Under the pieces are notes generated by a model. It saw nothing but the letters and a program-made list of their open reading frames with translations. It was not told the origin of the DNA and did no database searches. The position numbers and the translations under genes are program-made. A stretch of DNA of 39,480 nt from Halobacterium sp. (GTDB lineage Archaea > Halobacteriota > Halobacteria > Halobacteriales > Halobacteriaceae), in assembly GCA_964229715.1 (NCBI GenBank), contig CAXREU010000017.1, positions 1-39,480 on the forward strand, read 5' to 3'. This document shows, piece by piece, positions 10,374 through 20,056 of this stretch (its first letter is position 1; each line of letters opens with the position of its first letter).

Positions 10374-10397
10374 TGAGTGCCCCGCCAACTCCGGTGC

Positions 10398-10661
10398 GTG
10401 CTCAACGTCAACTTCTCGGACCTCATGTTCGAACTGAAAGACGGCGCCGTCAAGCACGTCGGCCCGTCGAACACGACCGCCGACGCGAAGCTTTTCGACG
10501 TCGAAGCCGCGGAAGCCCGCGAGTTCGGCGACAAGCGCGTCAAACTCGTCTTCGAGGACGACAGCGGCAACGAGGTACAGGTCGCGTTGTTCCCCGAGGA
10601 CGTCCGCGACATCGTCGACGACGTGGACGCCCTCGAAGCCGACAGCCCGGTCTTCGAGTGA
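10398..10661 (+). CDS. Hypothetical acidic protein
   Basis: Acidic ORF in gene order; probable GTG start at 10398 (alternative ATG 10425). Confidence 0.65.
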   Translation: MLNVNFSDLMFELKDGAVKHVGPSNTTADAKLFDVEAAEAREFGDKRVKLVFEDDSGNEVQVALFPEDVRDIVDDVDALEADSPVFE

Positions 10662-10742
10662 CGAGTTCACACGGCTGACGCCGAAAGAAAATCGACCGGC
10701 TTTCGATAATCGTTTACGGCAGCACCCGCTTTCTCGAAGCAA

Positions 10743-12815
10743 ATGGGTACGTGTATCATCTGCGGCTCCTCCACGGACGGTCGTGTCTGTGACACCCACG
10801 AGGAGGACGTCGCTTTCGAGTTCCGCGGAGATTCTCCCGACCAACTGACGCCCGGCCGCTACTACAAAGGCACCATCGACGGGTTCGCCGACTTCGGCGT
10901 GTTCGTCGACATCGGTGACTCCGTCACCGGCCTGCTCCACCGCAGCGAAGTGCCCGGCCGCCTCGAATCGCTGGGCTGGGACGCCGGCGACGACGTGTAC
11001 GTCCAAGTCACGGACGTCCACGACAACGAGAACGTCGACCTCGGCTGGTCGATTCGACAGGACGACCGCGACTTCCGCGGCCACCTCGTCGACGACCCGA
11101 GCGCGGAGACGAACGCGGAGCTCCCGGAAGACGACGATTCCGACGACGACGAACAGGACACCGAAACCAGCACCGCCGACGGCGGCACACCGGTCTCCGA
11201 GAACGACGCCGAATTCGAGTTCGGCGACGAATCCGAAGACAGCGAATCCGAGACCAGCTCGGAAGCCGACGACGAGGCGGACGCCGCAGAGCACGAATCT
11301 GGGGACGCCGAGTCCGAGGAGAACGAACCGGAACGCGTGCCGATTGCCGACCTCGACGACTACGTCGACGAACGCGTCACGGTCGAGGGCGAGCTCGCGA
11401 ACGCCCGCCAGACGAGCGGCCCAACGGTGTTCGAACTCGCCGACGAGACCGGTGCCGTCGACTGCGCTGCGTTCGTCGAAGCGGGCGTCCGTGCTTACCC
11501 CGACATCGCAGCGGGCGACGTCGTCCGCATCGTCGGCGAAGTGGAGCGCCGCCGCGGCGAACTCCAGGTCGAGACCGAGGACCTCTACGAGCTCGACGGC
11601 ACGGACGCACAATCCGTCGAAGCCCGCATGGAGGACGCGCTCACCGAGCGCGCCACTCCCGAGACGACCGAGCTGCTCGCCGAGGACGCCGCCGTCGAAG
11701 CCGTCACCGACGACCGCGTCGACGCCGCGACGGCCATCCGGCGCGCCGTCGTCGAATCCCGCCCAGTAATCGTCCGCCACACCGCGACCGTCGAAGGCTA
11801 CGTCGCTGGCACGGCCATCGAGCGTGCGCTCCTCCCGCTCATCCGGGACGAGCACGAGCGCGAGGACGCCGAATACCACTACGTCGACCGGCGCCCGCTC
11901 GACGACGCGTTCTACACCATCGACGACGCCACCGGTGACGTCACCAGCATGCTGGAAGCCGCCGAGCGCCACGACGAGAAACACCCGCTGTTCGTGCTCG
12001 TCGGCGCCGGCTCCACCAGCGAATCCACCGACGCCATCGACCTCCTGGACATCTACGACGCGGACACGGTCGCCATCGACGGCGGCTACACCGACGACGC
12101 CGCTGGTGCCGACGTGCTCGTCAGCCCGACGAAAGCCGGCGAGAATCCCGTCAACACGGGCGCGCTCGGCTCGCAGCTCGCCGCGTTCGTCAACGACGAC
12201 GTCCGCGAGGACCTCTACCACCTGCCCGCCGTCGCGTACTGGGCCAACACGCCCGACGCGTACGCGGACCTCGCCGCCCCGACCCACTACAGCCCGGACA
12301 CGCTCGCCGACCTCCGTGACGCCATCGCGCTGGAAGCGTTCTACCAGTCCTACGAGGACAAGCGCGAACTCATCTCGGACCTGCTCTGGGGAGAGGCCGA
12401 CGACTCGCTCATCGAGCACGTCTCCGAGCAGTTCCGCGAGCGCCTCGAGACAGAAGTCGCGACCGCCGAACCCCACCTCGACGTGCGCGGGCAGGACGGC
12501 GTCGCCTTCGAGACGCTGGACGTGGACGCGTACACGCACGAGTACGACTTCCCGCCAGTCGACCTGCTGCTGGACGCGCTCTACCGGCGTCGCGACCGCG
12601 CGGACGTGCTCGTCGGCGTGAGCGGCGACGAGATTCGCGTCCGCAGCGACGGCGCAGTGGACGTGCGCGCCGTCGGCGAGACGGTCGCCGACGAACTCAC
12701 CGAGGCCGGTGTCGAGCCGCGCGGCGCCCGCGACGGCCGCATCGAGTTCCTCTCGGGCGAGAAGGACGCGGTCGTCGACGCGGTCGTCGACGCCATCACC
12801 GACCAGCTCGCCTAA
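10743..12815 (+). CDS. RecJ-like DHH-family protein with S1 and OB folds (RecJ4 type, catalytically degenerate)
   Basis: N-terminal CxxC, S1 domain (FGVFVDIG...GLLHRSE), acidic linker, OB fold (RQTSGPTVF), degenerate DHH domain; adjacent to elp3. Confidence 0.8.
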   Translation: MGTCIICGSSTDGRVCDTHEEDVAFEFRGDSPDQLTPGRYYKGTIDGFADFGVFVDIGDSVTGLLHRSEVPGRLESLGWDAGDDVYVQVTDVHDNENVDLGWSIRQDDRDFRGHLVDDPSAETNAELPEDDDSDDDEQDTETSTADGGTPVSENDAEFEFGDESEDSESETSSEADDEADAAEHESGDAESEENEPERVPIADLDDYVDERVTVEGELANARQTSGPTVFELADETGAVDCAAFVEAGVRAYPDIAAGDVVRIVGEVERRRGELQVETEDLYELDGTDAQSVEARMEDALTERATPETTELLAEDAAVEAVTDDRVDAATAIRRAVVESRPVIVRHTATVEGYVAGTAIERALLPLIRDEHEREDAEYHYVDRRPLDDAFYTIDDATGDVTSMLEAAERHDEKHPLFVLVGAGSTSESTDAIDLLDIYDADTVAIDGGYTDDAAGADVLVSPTKAGENPVNTGALGSQLAAFVNDDVREDLYHLPAVAYWANTPDAYADLAAPTHYSPDTLADLRDAIALEAFYQSYEDKRELISDLLWGEADDSLIEHVSEQFRERLETEVATAEPHLDVRGQDGVAFETLDVDAYTHEYDFPPVDLLLDALYRRRDRADVLVGVSGDEIRVRSDGAVDVRAVGETVADELTEAGVEPRGARDGRIEFLSGEKDAVVDAVVDAITDQLA

Positions 12816-12866
12816 CTGCGGCCCGCAACGACACGCTTTTTCGCCCGCGGAGGCTTCTACGGAGTA

Positions 12867-14513
12867 ATGAGCGCGGACGCCGACCCCGCATTCGAGGCCG
12901 CCTGTGAGGAGCTCGTCGAACGAATCCTCGACGGGGACGTCGGCAAGGACGACGTCGAGAGTGCGAAACTCGAAGCCTGTTCGGAGCACTCCGCGTCGAA
13001 GGTGCCCAAGCACTCGGAGCTGCTGGACTTCGCGCCCGAGGACCGCCGTGACGACCTCGAAGAGGTCCTCCAGCGCAAGCCCGTGCGGACCGCGTCGGGC
13101 GTGACGCCGGTCGCCATCATGACGAGCCCGCACATGTGCCCGCACGGCAAGTGTCTGTACTGTCCGGGCGGGCCCGCCAGCGAGTTCTCGTCGAGCCAGT
13201 CGTACACTGGCCACGAGCCGGCGGCTGCGCGCGGCGTACAGAACGACTACGACCCGTACGGACAGGTGACGCTGCGGCTCCACCAGCTCCGGGAAATCGG
13301 CCATCCAATCGACAAGGTCGAACTCATCGTGATGGGTGGGACGATGACCGCGCGTAGCCACGACTACCAGGAGTGGTTCGTGAAGCGCGCGCTCGAAGCG
13401 CTGAACGACTTCGACCCCGAGCAGGAGCCGAACCCGTCCGAGACGGAGTCGTTCGCGCAGAACCCTGAGGAGTACGACTTCTCGTACCTCGAGGACGTCA
13501 TCGCGGAGAACGAGCACGGCGACATCCGGAACATCGGGACGACGTTCGAGACGAAGCCCGATTGGTGTGACCCCGAGCAGGTCGACCGGATGCTCGACCT
13601 CGGCGGTACCAAAGTCGAGGTCGGCGTGCAGACGACCTACGAGCGCATCAACCGCGAGATGCACCGCGGGCACGGCGTGCAGGCGTCCATCGATGCGAAC
13701 CAGCGGCTCCGGGACGCCGCGTTCAAGGTTGGCTTCCACATGATGCCGGGGCAGCCGGGCATGAGCAAGGAGATGTGTCTGGAGGACTTCCGGCGGCTGT
13801 TCGAGGACGAGAAGTGGAAGCCGGACTACCTCAAAATCTACCCAACGCTGGTCGTCCGTGACACCGTTACGTACGACATGTGGCGGAACGAGGAGTTCCA
13901 GCCGCTGCAGAACGAGGAGGCCGCCGAGCTCGTCGCGGAAATCATGGATATGATTCCGCGGTACACGCGCCTCCAGCGCGTCCAGCGGGACATCCCCGCG
14001 GACCACATCGACGCGGGCGTCTGGAAATCGAACCTCCGCCAGCTCGCCTGGGAGAAGATGGACGAGCACGGCTACACCTGCGAGTGCATCCGCTGCCGGG
14101 AAGCCGGGATGAACGACGAGGAGCCCGAGAACGTCGAACTCGACGTGATGACCTACGACGTCGCGGGCGGCACGGAGCACTTCATCAGCTTCGAGGACTT
14201 CGAGAAGGACCTCCTCGTCGGCTTCGCACGTTTGCGTTTCCCGAATGACCCCGTCCGCGACGAACTGGAGGACGCGGCGCTGCTGCGCGAACTCCACGTC
14301 TACGGCGGCGAAGTCAGCGTCGGCGATGACACGGCGGACGGCCAACACCAGCACCAGGGCTACGGCCAGCGCTTGATGACGCGTGCCGAGGAGATGGCTG
14401 CCGACGCCGGCTTCGGGAAGCTCAGCGTCATCTCCGGTATCGGCGCACGCCAGTACTACAAACAGAAGCTCGGCTACCGGCAAGACGGTCCCTACGTCAG
14501 CAAGCAGCTGTAA
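12867..14513 (+). CDS. elp3: tRNA wobble-uridine modification radical SAM/GNAT enzyme Elp3
   Basis: RTASGV, CPHGKCLYCPGG, SYTGHEP, KIYPTLV, RVQRDIP, RELHVYG, QHQGYG, VISGIGARQYY. Confidence 0.95.
   Translation: MSADADPAFEAACEELVERILDGDVGKDDVESAKLEACSEHSASKVPKHSELLDFAPEDRRDDLEEVLQRKPVRTASGVTPVAIMTSPHMCPHGKCLYCPGGPASEFSSSQSYTGHEPAAARGVQNDYDPYGQVTLRLHQLREIGHPIDKVELIVMGGTMTARSHDYQEWFVKRALEALNDFDPEQEPNPSETESFAQNPEEYDFSYLEDVIAENEHGDIRNIGTTFETKPDWCDPEQVDRMLDLGGTKVEVGVQTTYERINREMHRGHGVQASIDANQRLRDAAFKVGFHMMPGQPGMSKEMCLEDFRRLFEDEKWKPDYLKIYPTLVVRDTVTYDMWRNEEFQPLQNEEAAELVAEIMDMIPRYTRLQRVQRDIPADHIDAGVWKSNLRQLAWEKMDEHGYTCECIRCREAGMNDEEPENVELDVMTYDVAGGTEHFISFEDFEKDLLVGFARLRFPNDPVRDELEDAALLRELHVYGGEVSVGDDTADGQHQHQGYGQRLMTRAEEMAADAGFGKLSVISGIGARQYYKQKLGYRQDGPYVSKQL
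14436..14512 (+). repeat. 77-bp direct repeat copy 1 (3' end of elp3)
   Basis: GGTATCGGCGCACGCC...CAGCAAGCAGCTGTA, identical to 14643-14719. Confidence 0.95.
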
Positions 14514-14642
14514 GCGATTCACCGCGAGCGAACGCAGTGAGCGAGCGGGCCGACGAACGACCGAAGGGAGTGAGGAGTGCTTTTGGCCGAGCTTTTGCCG
14601 AGCGAGGCGCATCGCGCCGAGCGCAGTGCAAAAGGTCGTCGT
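14513..14642. mobile_element. 130-bp hairpin-rich non-coding insert between the direct repeats (MITE/REP-like or integration scar)
   Basis: CTTTTGC...GGCGC-ATC-GCGCC...GCAAAAG stem-loop and GAGCGA-rich imperfect stems; no plausible ORF. Confidence 0.5.
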
Positions 14643-14719
14643 GGTATCGGCGCACGCCAGTACTACAAACAGAAGCTCGGCTACCGGCAAGACGGTCCCT
14701 ACGTCAGCAAGCAGCTGTA
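14643..14719 (+). repeat. 77-bp direct repeat copy 2 (orphan elp3 3' end)
   Basis: Identical to 14436-14512; completes as a TAG stop rather than TAA. Confidence 0.95.
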
Positions 14720-14895
14720 GCGAGTGGGGCTTGCAGGCGGCTAATTCTCGCGGGACGTGTGCCGCGCTCGCCGTACCGACTGCTTGGCTCGGAGCGCCCC
14801 GCGACGGGAGTCAGGTCACGCTCAAGGCTGGTCTTGTACTGGTATTTGAACCTACGCAGCCGGCGGGTGAGCATCCGCGAGCGCCGCAAAAAGTG

Positions 14896-16032
14896 CTATA
14901 TTCCGAACGTAGCTCTGAGCATGTCCCGACTTCCCGGCCCGAGGCCGACGGCGAGGACGGCGACGAGCATGAGCGTGAAGTAGCGTGGGGCTTCCTCGCG
15001 GAGTTTGTCGTCGAACAGCCAGAGGACGAACAGCGCGGCGACGATTTTGAGGAGAAGGAACGGCCAGGCGTCGCCAGTGTAGTGGATGATAGAGGCGGGA
15101 AGCACGGCCTGGGTGATGTCGACGACGGCGGCGTTGACGGGATGTTTGGGGACGAGGTCGTACGCGAGGCCGAGTTCGTCCGCCCAGTCAAGGCCGATGA
15201 CGTTCGCGACGCCGTCGACGGCGTGTCCCCAGAGGACGACGGCACCGGCAAACTCGGTGCCGGAGGCGACGTCGGGAAGGTGGCGACGGACGTAGTACCA
15301 GACGACGGCCGTGATGATGGTCGCGAACAGGACCGTGAGCACCGTGAACTGCGGGTGGAGGGAGACGTAGTCAGTGGTCGCCGCAAGGTAGACGAGGAAG
15401 CCGACGGTGGCGGTGAGGAGGGCAGTGCCGGCGGTCGCGAGCGGCCGGTAGTAGTTCTCGAAGACGCCAGTACGGCGCGCGAGGAGGACGCAGGCGACGA
15501 GCGTGACGAGCGTGATGGCGAACATCACGAAGTAGATGATGGGACTGATGATGAGCGTGTTCGCGGGGAAGTCGATGAACTGCTCGACGCCCGGCGCTGC
15601 CGCGGCGGCGTCGTTGGCGTCCTCGACGACGCGGAGCGCACCGCCGAGGAGGACGAACGGGAACAGCGCGTACAGCAGGTCCAGGTTCTCGCCGACCTCC
15701 AGGTGGTCGAGGAGGAACGTGACGCCGACCAGCGAGACGAGCAGCGTGACCGCGTACCCGACCTCGGAGACGAGCGTGTAGCCGGGGTAGGCGACGGGTT
15801 CGGTCGCGGCGGTGCACGCGGTGGAGTTGTAGAGGAGTTGGACGGCGCCGCCGTTCCACGCGGCGCACTGCGCGCCGTTGGCGTCGGCGACCACGGGACC
15901 CCAGACGTAGTGCCAGACGAAGCCGCCGTAGACGGTGTCGGGGAACAGCAGCGACCCGCCGACGAGCGCGGCGAACGCGACGCCGACGGCGGCGGTCCAC
16001 GCGCGCTCGCGGTCAGTCTCGGGGAAAGCCAT
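14896..16032 (-). CDS. DUF63 family membrane protein
   Basis: PGYTLVSEVGY, GGALRVVED, GHAVDG, PKHP and GLGPGSRDMLR motifs. Confidence 0.8.
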   Translation of the reverse strand: MAFPETDRERAWTAAVGVAFAALVGGSLLFPDTVYGGFVWHYVWGPVVADANGAQCAAWNGGAVQLLYNSTACTAATEPVAYPGYTLVSEVGYAVTLLVSLVGVTFLLDHLEVGENLDLLYALFPFVLLGGALRVVEDANDAAAAAPGVEQFIDFPANTLIISPIIYFVMFAITLVTLVACVLLARRTGVFENYYRPLATAGTALLTATVGFLVYLAATTDYVSLHPQFTVLTVLFATIITAVVWYYVRRHLPDVASGTEFAGAVVLWGHAVDGVANVIGLDWADELGLAYDLVPKHPVNAAVVDITQAVLPASIIHYTGDAWPFLLLKIVAALFVLWLFDDKLREEAPRYFTLMLVAVLAVGLGPGSRDMLRATFGI

Positions 16033-16088
16033 GTTGGGAGACGTGAACGGTGGCTGTTTTATCGTTGCGGTCTGCAGTCGCGGGGTGG

Positions 16089-16538
16089 CTACAGCGGGAG
16101 TTCGTGGGACTCGTACTCGGTGGCGAGGACGACCATCGTCTGCGAGCGAGCGAACCCGTCAACGTCCGCGATTTCTTCGAACATGAGGTCGCGGAGCGTG
16201 TCGGTGTCTTCGGCGTACACGCGGAGGACGATGTCCCACTCGCCGGTCGTGAGGTGAATTTCCTGAACGCCGTCGATGTCTGCGAGGCGGTCGAGGGCGT
16301 CCTGCTCGCGGCCCTGTTCGACGCGCAAGCCGACGACGGCGGAGGTACCGAGGCCGGCGGCTTTCGGGTCGATATCGGCGTGGTAGCCGCGGATGACGCC
16401 GGCGTCCTCCATGCGGTTGACGCGGTCGTGAACGGTCGCACTCGACATCTCGATTTCGCGGGCGATTTCGCTGAACGGCTTGCGGGCGTCTGCCTGGAGC
16501 GCGCGCAGAATCTCGCGGTCCGTCTCGTCCAAGTCCAT
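16089..16538 (-). CDS. Lrp/AsnC family transcriptional regulator
   Basis: MDLDETDREILRALQADARKPFSEIA...RMEDAGVIRGY...TGEWD. Confidence 0.92.
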   Translation of the reverse strand: MDLDETDREILRALQADARKPFSEIAREIEMSSATVHDRVNRMEDAGVIRGYHADIDPKAAGLGTSAVVGLRVEQGREQDALDRLADIDGVQEIHLTTGEWDIVLRVYAEDTDTLRDLMFEEIADVDGFARSQTMVVLATEYESHELPL

Positions 16539-16597
16539 ACGGGAGCCGTCGGGAGAGACCCCCAATAGCTTACTGCTCGCCCGAGATTCGCGCCGGC

Positions 16598-17386
16598 CTA
16601 CGCCTGAATCTCCTGGGCGGCCTCGAGGACGACGTCGTGGGCTTCGCCGTTCGACGCGACGAGCCCCTCACAGCCCGGTTCCCAGCGGTCGCCGTGGACG
16701 TCCGTGACGACGCCGCCGGCCTGTCGGACGAGGTGGACGCCCGCGACGGAGTCCCACGCGTTTACGCTGACGTTCGTAATCGCGCCCTCGACTTGCCCAC
16801 TGGCGACCATCGAGAGGGTTGCTTGCGCGCAGCCGTACCGCCGCATGTCCGCGAACCGCGAGACGATGGCCTCGCAGGCTCGGGCGTACTCGTCGCGGTC
16901 GTCGAACCCCCACCAGATGGTCGGCACGACGACGAACGTCTCCGGGTCGGTCTTCTCGCTGACTGTGACCGGGTCGCCGTTGCGCGTCACGTCGCCGTCG
17001 CCCGCGACGTACGTGTCACCGAGCGCGGGCAGCACGTTCACGGCGGCGAGCGTCTCGCCGTTCTTCACGGCGGCGACCGAAGTCGCCCAAATCTGGGTGT
17101 CGCGCACGAAGTTGTTCGTGCCGTCGATGGGGTCGACGACCCACGCCGCGCCCGACTCGGGGACTTCCTTCAGTTCGTCTTCCTCCTCGCCGACGATGGC
17201 GTCCTCGGGGTGGGTCTCCCGAATCACTTCGATGACGCGGCGCTGGGCGTCCCGGTCGGCCTGCGTGACGACGTCCGTCTTCCCGGATTTCGTCTCCACG
17301 TCGATGCCGGTACGGAACGCCTCCAGCGCGACTTCGCTGCCTGCGAGCGCGGCGCGTTCGGCGACGCTCGCGCGGTCCTCGTTCAT
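16598..17386 (-). CDS. Inositol monophosphatase family protein
   Basis: DVVTQAD, GEE, WVVDPIDGTNNF, WDSVAG. Confidence 0.9.
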   Translation of the reverse strand: MNEDRASVAERAALAGSEVALEAFRTGIDVETKSGKTDVVTQADRDAQRRVIEVIRETHPEDAIVGEEEDELKEVPESGAAWVVDPIDGTNNFVRDTQIWATSVAAVKNGETLAAVNVLPALGDTYVAGDGDVTRNGDPVTVSEKTDPETFVVVPTIWWGFDDRDEYARACEAIVSRFADMRRYGCAQATLSMVASGQVEGAITNVSVNAWDSVAGVHLVRQAGGVVTDVHGDRWEPGCEGLVASNGEAHDVVLEAAQEIQA

Positions 17387-17524
17387 GCCCGGAGTGGTGG
17401 CCCGCCGCCCCAAAGAGTCGTCGGTCCGAAACGTCGCTGTCCGGATAGTCACACAGAAGCGTTTTTGCGAGGGAAGTCCGCCTCGCGGACTTCCCGCATC
17501 CCGCGGCGCGCGAAGCGCCGGCGA

Positions 17525-17609
17525 TGCGAGGGAAGGGATTCGAACCCTCGAACTCCTACGAGAACGGATCTTGAGTCCGTCGCCGTTGGCCGAGCTTGGC
17601 TACCCTCGC
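17525..17609 (-). tRNA. tRNA-Leu (anticodon CAA)
   Basis: Reverse complement GCGAGGGTAGCCAAGCTCGGCCAACGGCGACGGACTCAAGATCCGTTCTCGTAGGAGTTCGAGGGTTCGAATCCCTTCCCTCGCA: cloverleaf with long variable arm and TTCGAAT T-loop; CCA not encoded. Confidence 0.95.
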
Positions 17610-17668
17610 ACGCGTCGAGTAGTCGGCGCGTGCCGGGTTTAGGCGTTGCGAATCCCCGCGCGGCGCGC

Positions 17669-19954
17669 TCAGTCGTCGTCGCCGAGCACGCGCGAAGCGA
17701 CCGGACCCGCCGAGGCGTCTGCCTCGACGTCGCGGAGCAGGAAGCGTTTCCGGACGACGTCGTAGGCGAAGACGATAGTGCCGAGGATGAGCATCGTGTC
17801 CCCGGGGAACCGCGCCCAGAAGAACAACTGGACGAGGTCGCGGCTGTAGAACTCCAGCGAGCGCGCGACGGCGTACCCTTCCGTGAACGCGGTTTCCAGC
17901 TGGAGGAAGCCCACGGGGAGCAGGGAGAGCCCGACCATCACGGCGAGGCCGGCGTTCCACAGCCAGAACGCCCACCAGAGGCGCTTCCCGTTCCACTGTT
18001 CGGGGTCGACGGAGAGCCGCAGCATGTACGTCGCCATGCCGAGCGCGAGGAAGCCGAACGCGCCGAACATCGCGGCGTGGGCGTGCGCGACCGTGAGGTA
18101 GGTGCCGTGCTCGTAGTAGTTAATGAGCGGGAGGTTGATGAAGAACCCGAGCACTCCGGCGCCGACGAAGTTCCACACGCCGGAGGCGATGATGAACGCG
18201 AACGGGAGCTTGTAGTGGAACGTCTCGTCGCTGGCAGAGAGCGCGCGGTACTGCCCGAGCGCCTCGAAGAGGATGAGAATCAGGGGGACGAGTTCCAGCG
18301 TGGAGAAGACGCTCCCGAACGGAATCCAGACGTCGGGCTGGCCGATCCACCAGTAGTGGTGGCTGACGCCGATGACGCCGCTCCCCATCACGAACAACAC
18401 TTGCAGGGCGACGGCTTTCTCGGCGGAGCGCTTGCGCAGCAAGCCCATGGAGACGAGCGTGATGCCGACGATGGCGACGATGAAGAACTCGAAGGCGCCC
18501 TCCACCCACATGTGGACGACCCACCACCGCCAGAACTCCGTCATCACGATGTTCGTGTCGGGCGTGTACAGCATGCCCGCGACGAACAGCAGGCCGATGG
18601 AGCCGCCCGCGTACAGAATCATGTGCGCGAGCCCGAAGCGCTGTTCGCGGGCGAGCAGCGGCTTGAGGCCGCGGTACGCGAGAAACGCCCAGATGGCGAA
18701 CCCGAGCAGGAGCCCGACCTGCCAGACGCGCCCGACTTCGACGTATTCGAGGCCTTCGTTGCCGAGCAGCCACCACAGCGGGCCGTCGAAGAACCCCTGC
18801 GTACCGAGGTAGATGCCGACGAAGCCGCCGACGACGATTACCAGTAGCGTGCCCAGCAGGCCGTTGATGGCGGACTCCTGGTGGTCGGGTTCGTGACCGG
18901 TCAGGAGGCCGGGGAGGAACAGCCCCGCGCCAATCCACATCGTCGCAATCCACAGAATCCCGAGGTCGAGGTGGTAGGTCTTCGTGAGCGCGAACGGCAA
19001 CCACTGGAGGACGTCAATGCCGAGCGCTTCGCCGATGCCGAAGAAGGCGTCGCGCTCGACGTAGTAGTGCGCGAGCAGCGCCCCGAGTAACACCTGGGCG
19101 ACGAACAACAGCGCCGCGACTGGTATGAACCGGGTTGCAGCGCGCTGGCTCGGCAACAGGTTCACGTCCGCGGGGTTGGGGACTTCGATGCCCTTCGTGG
19201 AGGGTTCGGGGAGCTCGATGGTGTTGTACAGCCAGACGCCGAGGCCGGCGCCGCCGACGAGCAACACCATCGCGATGGCGCTCCAGACCATCGTCGCCCC
19301 CGTGGGCTCGTTGCCGGCGAGCGGGTTGTACGGCCAGTCGTTCGTGTAGCTGTGGTCGGTGCCGGGGCGGTTGGCGTGCGAGACCAGCGCCGTCCACATC
19401 GCGAAGTCCGCGAACTTCTGGGCGTCGTCGGCGGACTCGACCATGCCTTCCGGGATGCCGCGCTCGGCGTCGCCCTCGTGGTAGCGCTCGACGTACACCT
19501 CGCGCACCTGCTCGTGAGCGTACGCTTCCGCAGCGGAGTACTGTGCCGTCTCGCCGGAAATCGAACGGTCGAGGCCGCCGGTCACGCGGCTGTCCACGGC
19601 GGCCTGCTGTTCGGCGGAAAGGTCGGCGTACGCTTCGCCGTACCGTTCGTCCGCGTAGTACTCCTGCATGAACTGGGTCTTCAGCTGGAGCGCGTCGGCG
19701 GTGTAGTCCTCGCCGAAGTACGCGCCGTTCCCGAGAATCGACCCGTGGTTCATGAGGGCGTTCGACTGGAAGACGGCCTTGCCGTCCTGAATCGACTCGT
19801 GGGTGGCGACCACGTCGCCGTCGGCCCCGACGACTTCGTCGGGAATCGGCGGCTGGTGCTGGTAGGAGTAGGCGGCACCAGCCCCCATGACGACGAGATT
19901 CAGGACGAACACGACCGCGAGTATCTTCGCGAGCGTGGACCTAGTGACGTCCAT
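17669..19954 (-). CDS. norB: Quinol-dependent nitric oxide reductase (qNOR)
   Basis: GSILGNGAYFGEDYTADAL, WRWWVVHMWVEG, GVSHHYWW, AHAHAAMFG; ~760-aa long-chain NOR. Confidence 0.93.
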   Translation of the reverse strand: MDVTRSTLAKILAVVFVLNLVVMGAGAAYSYQHQPPIPDEVVGADGDVVATHESIQDGKAVFQSNALMNHGSILGNGAYFGEDYTADALQLKTQFMQEYYADERYGEAYADLSAEQQAAVDSRVTGGLDRSISGETAQYSAAEAYAHEQVREVYVERYHEGDAERGIPEGMVESADDAQKFADFAMWTALVSHANRPGTDHSYTNDWPYNPLAGNEPTGATMVWSAIAMVLLVGGAGLGVWLYNTIELPEPSTKGIEVPNPADVNLLPSQRAATRFIPVAALLFVAQVLLGALLAHYYVERDAFFGIGEALGIDVLQWLPFALTKTYHLDLGILWIATMWIGAGLFLPGLLTGHEPDHQESAINGLLGTLLVIVVGGFVGIYLGTQGFFDGPLWWLLGNEGLEYVEVGRVWQVGLLLGFAIWAFLAYRGLKPLLAREQRFGLAHMILYAGGSIGLLFVAGMLYTPDTNIVMTEFWRWWVVHMWVEGAFEFFIVAIVGITLVSMGLLRKRSAEKAVALQVLFVMGSGVIGVSHHYWWIGQPDVWIPFGSVFSTLELVPLILILFEALGQYRALSASDETFHYKLPFAFIIASGVWNFVGAGVLGFFINLPLINYYEHGTYLTVAHAHAAMFGAFGFLALGMATYMLRLSVDPEQWNGKRLWWAFWLWNAGLAVMVGLSLLPVGFLQLETAFTEGYAVARSLEFYSRDLVQLFFWARFPGDTMLILGTIVFAYDVVRKRFLLRDVEADASAGPVASRVLGDDD

Positions 19955-20043
19955 ATTGCGGCGTTCAATCGGACGCACGAAAAGGCTGCGGCGGATTCCA
20001 AGGCCCTGGGCACGGAGCCCGAAACGCCGGATGTACCGCCGCT

Positions 20044-20055
20044 CGAAGATGTTCG
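20044..20055. promoter_or_regulatory. CGAA-N4-TTCG palindrome upstream of qNOR
   Basis: CGAAGATGTTCG, ~90 nt upstream of the qNOR start. Confidence 0.7.
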
Positions 20056-20056
20056 C

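Noticed and set aside
10008-14690. 1560-aa minus-strand ORF and other long ORFs (e.g. 16637-18847, 19352-21241, 23929-25758, 36252-37964)
   Set aside because: Antisense shadows of well-supported genes; high-GC codon bias suppresses stops and the translations have no recognisable motifs.
14436-14719. Possible CRISPR array
   Set aside because: Only two 77-bp copies, derived from coding sequence; no cas genes and no repeat-spacer periodicity.
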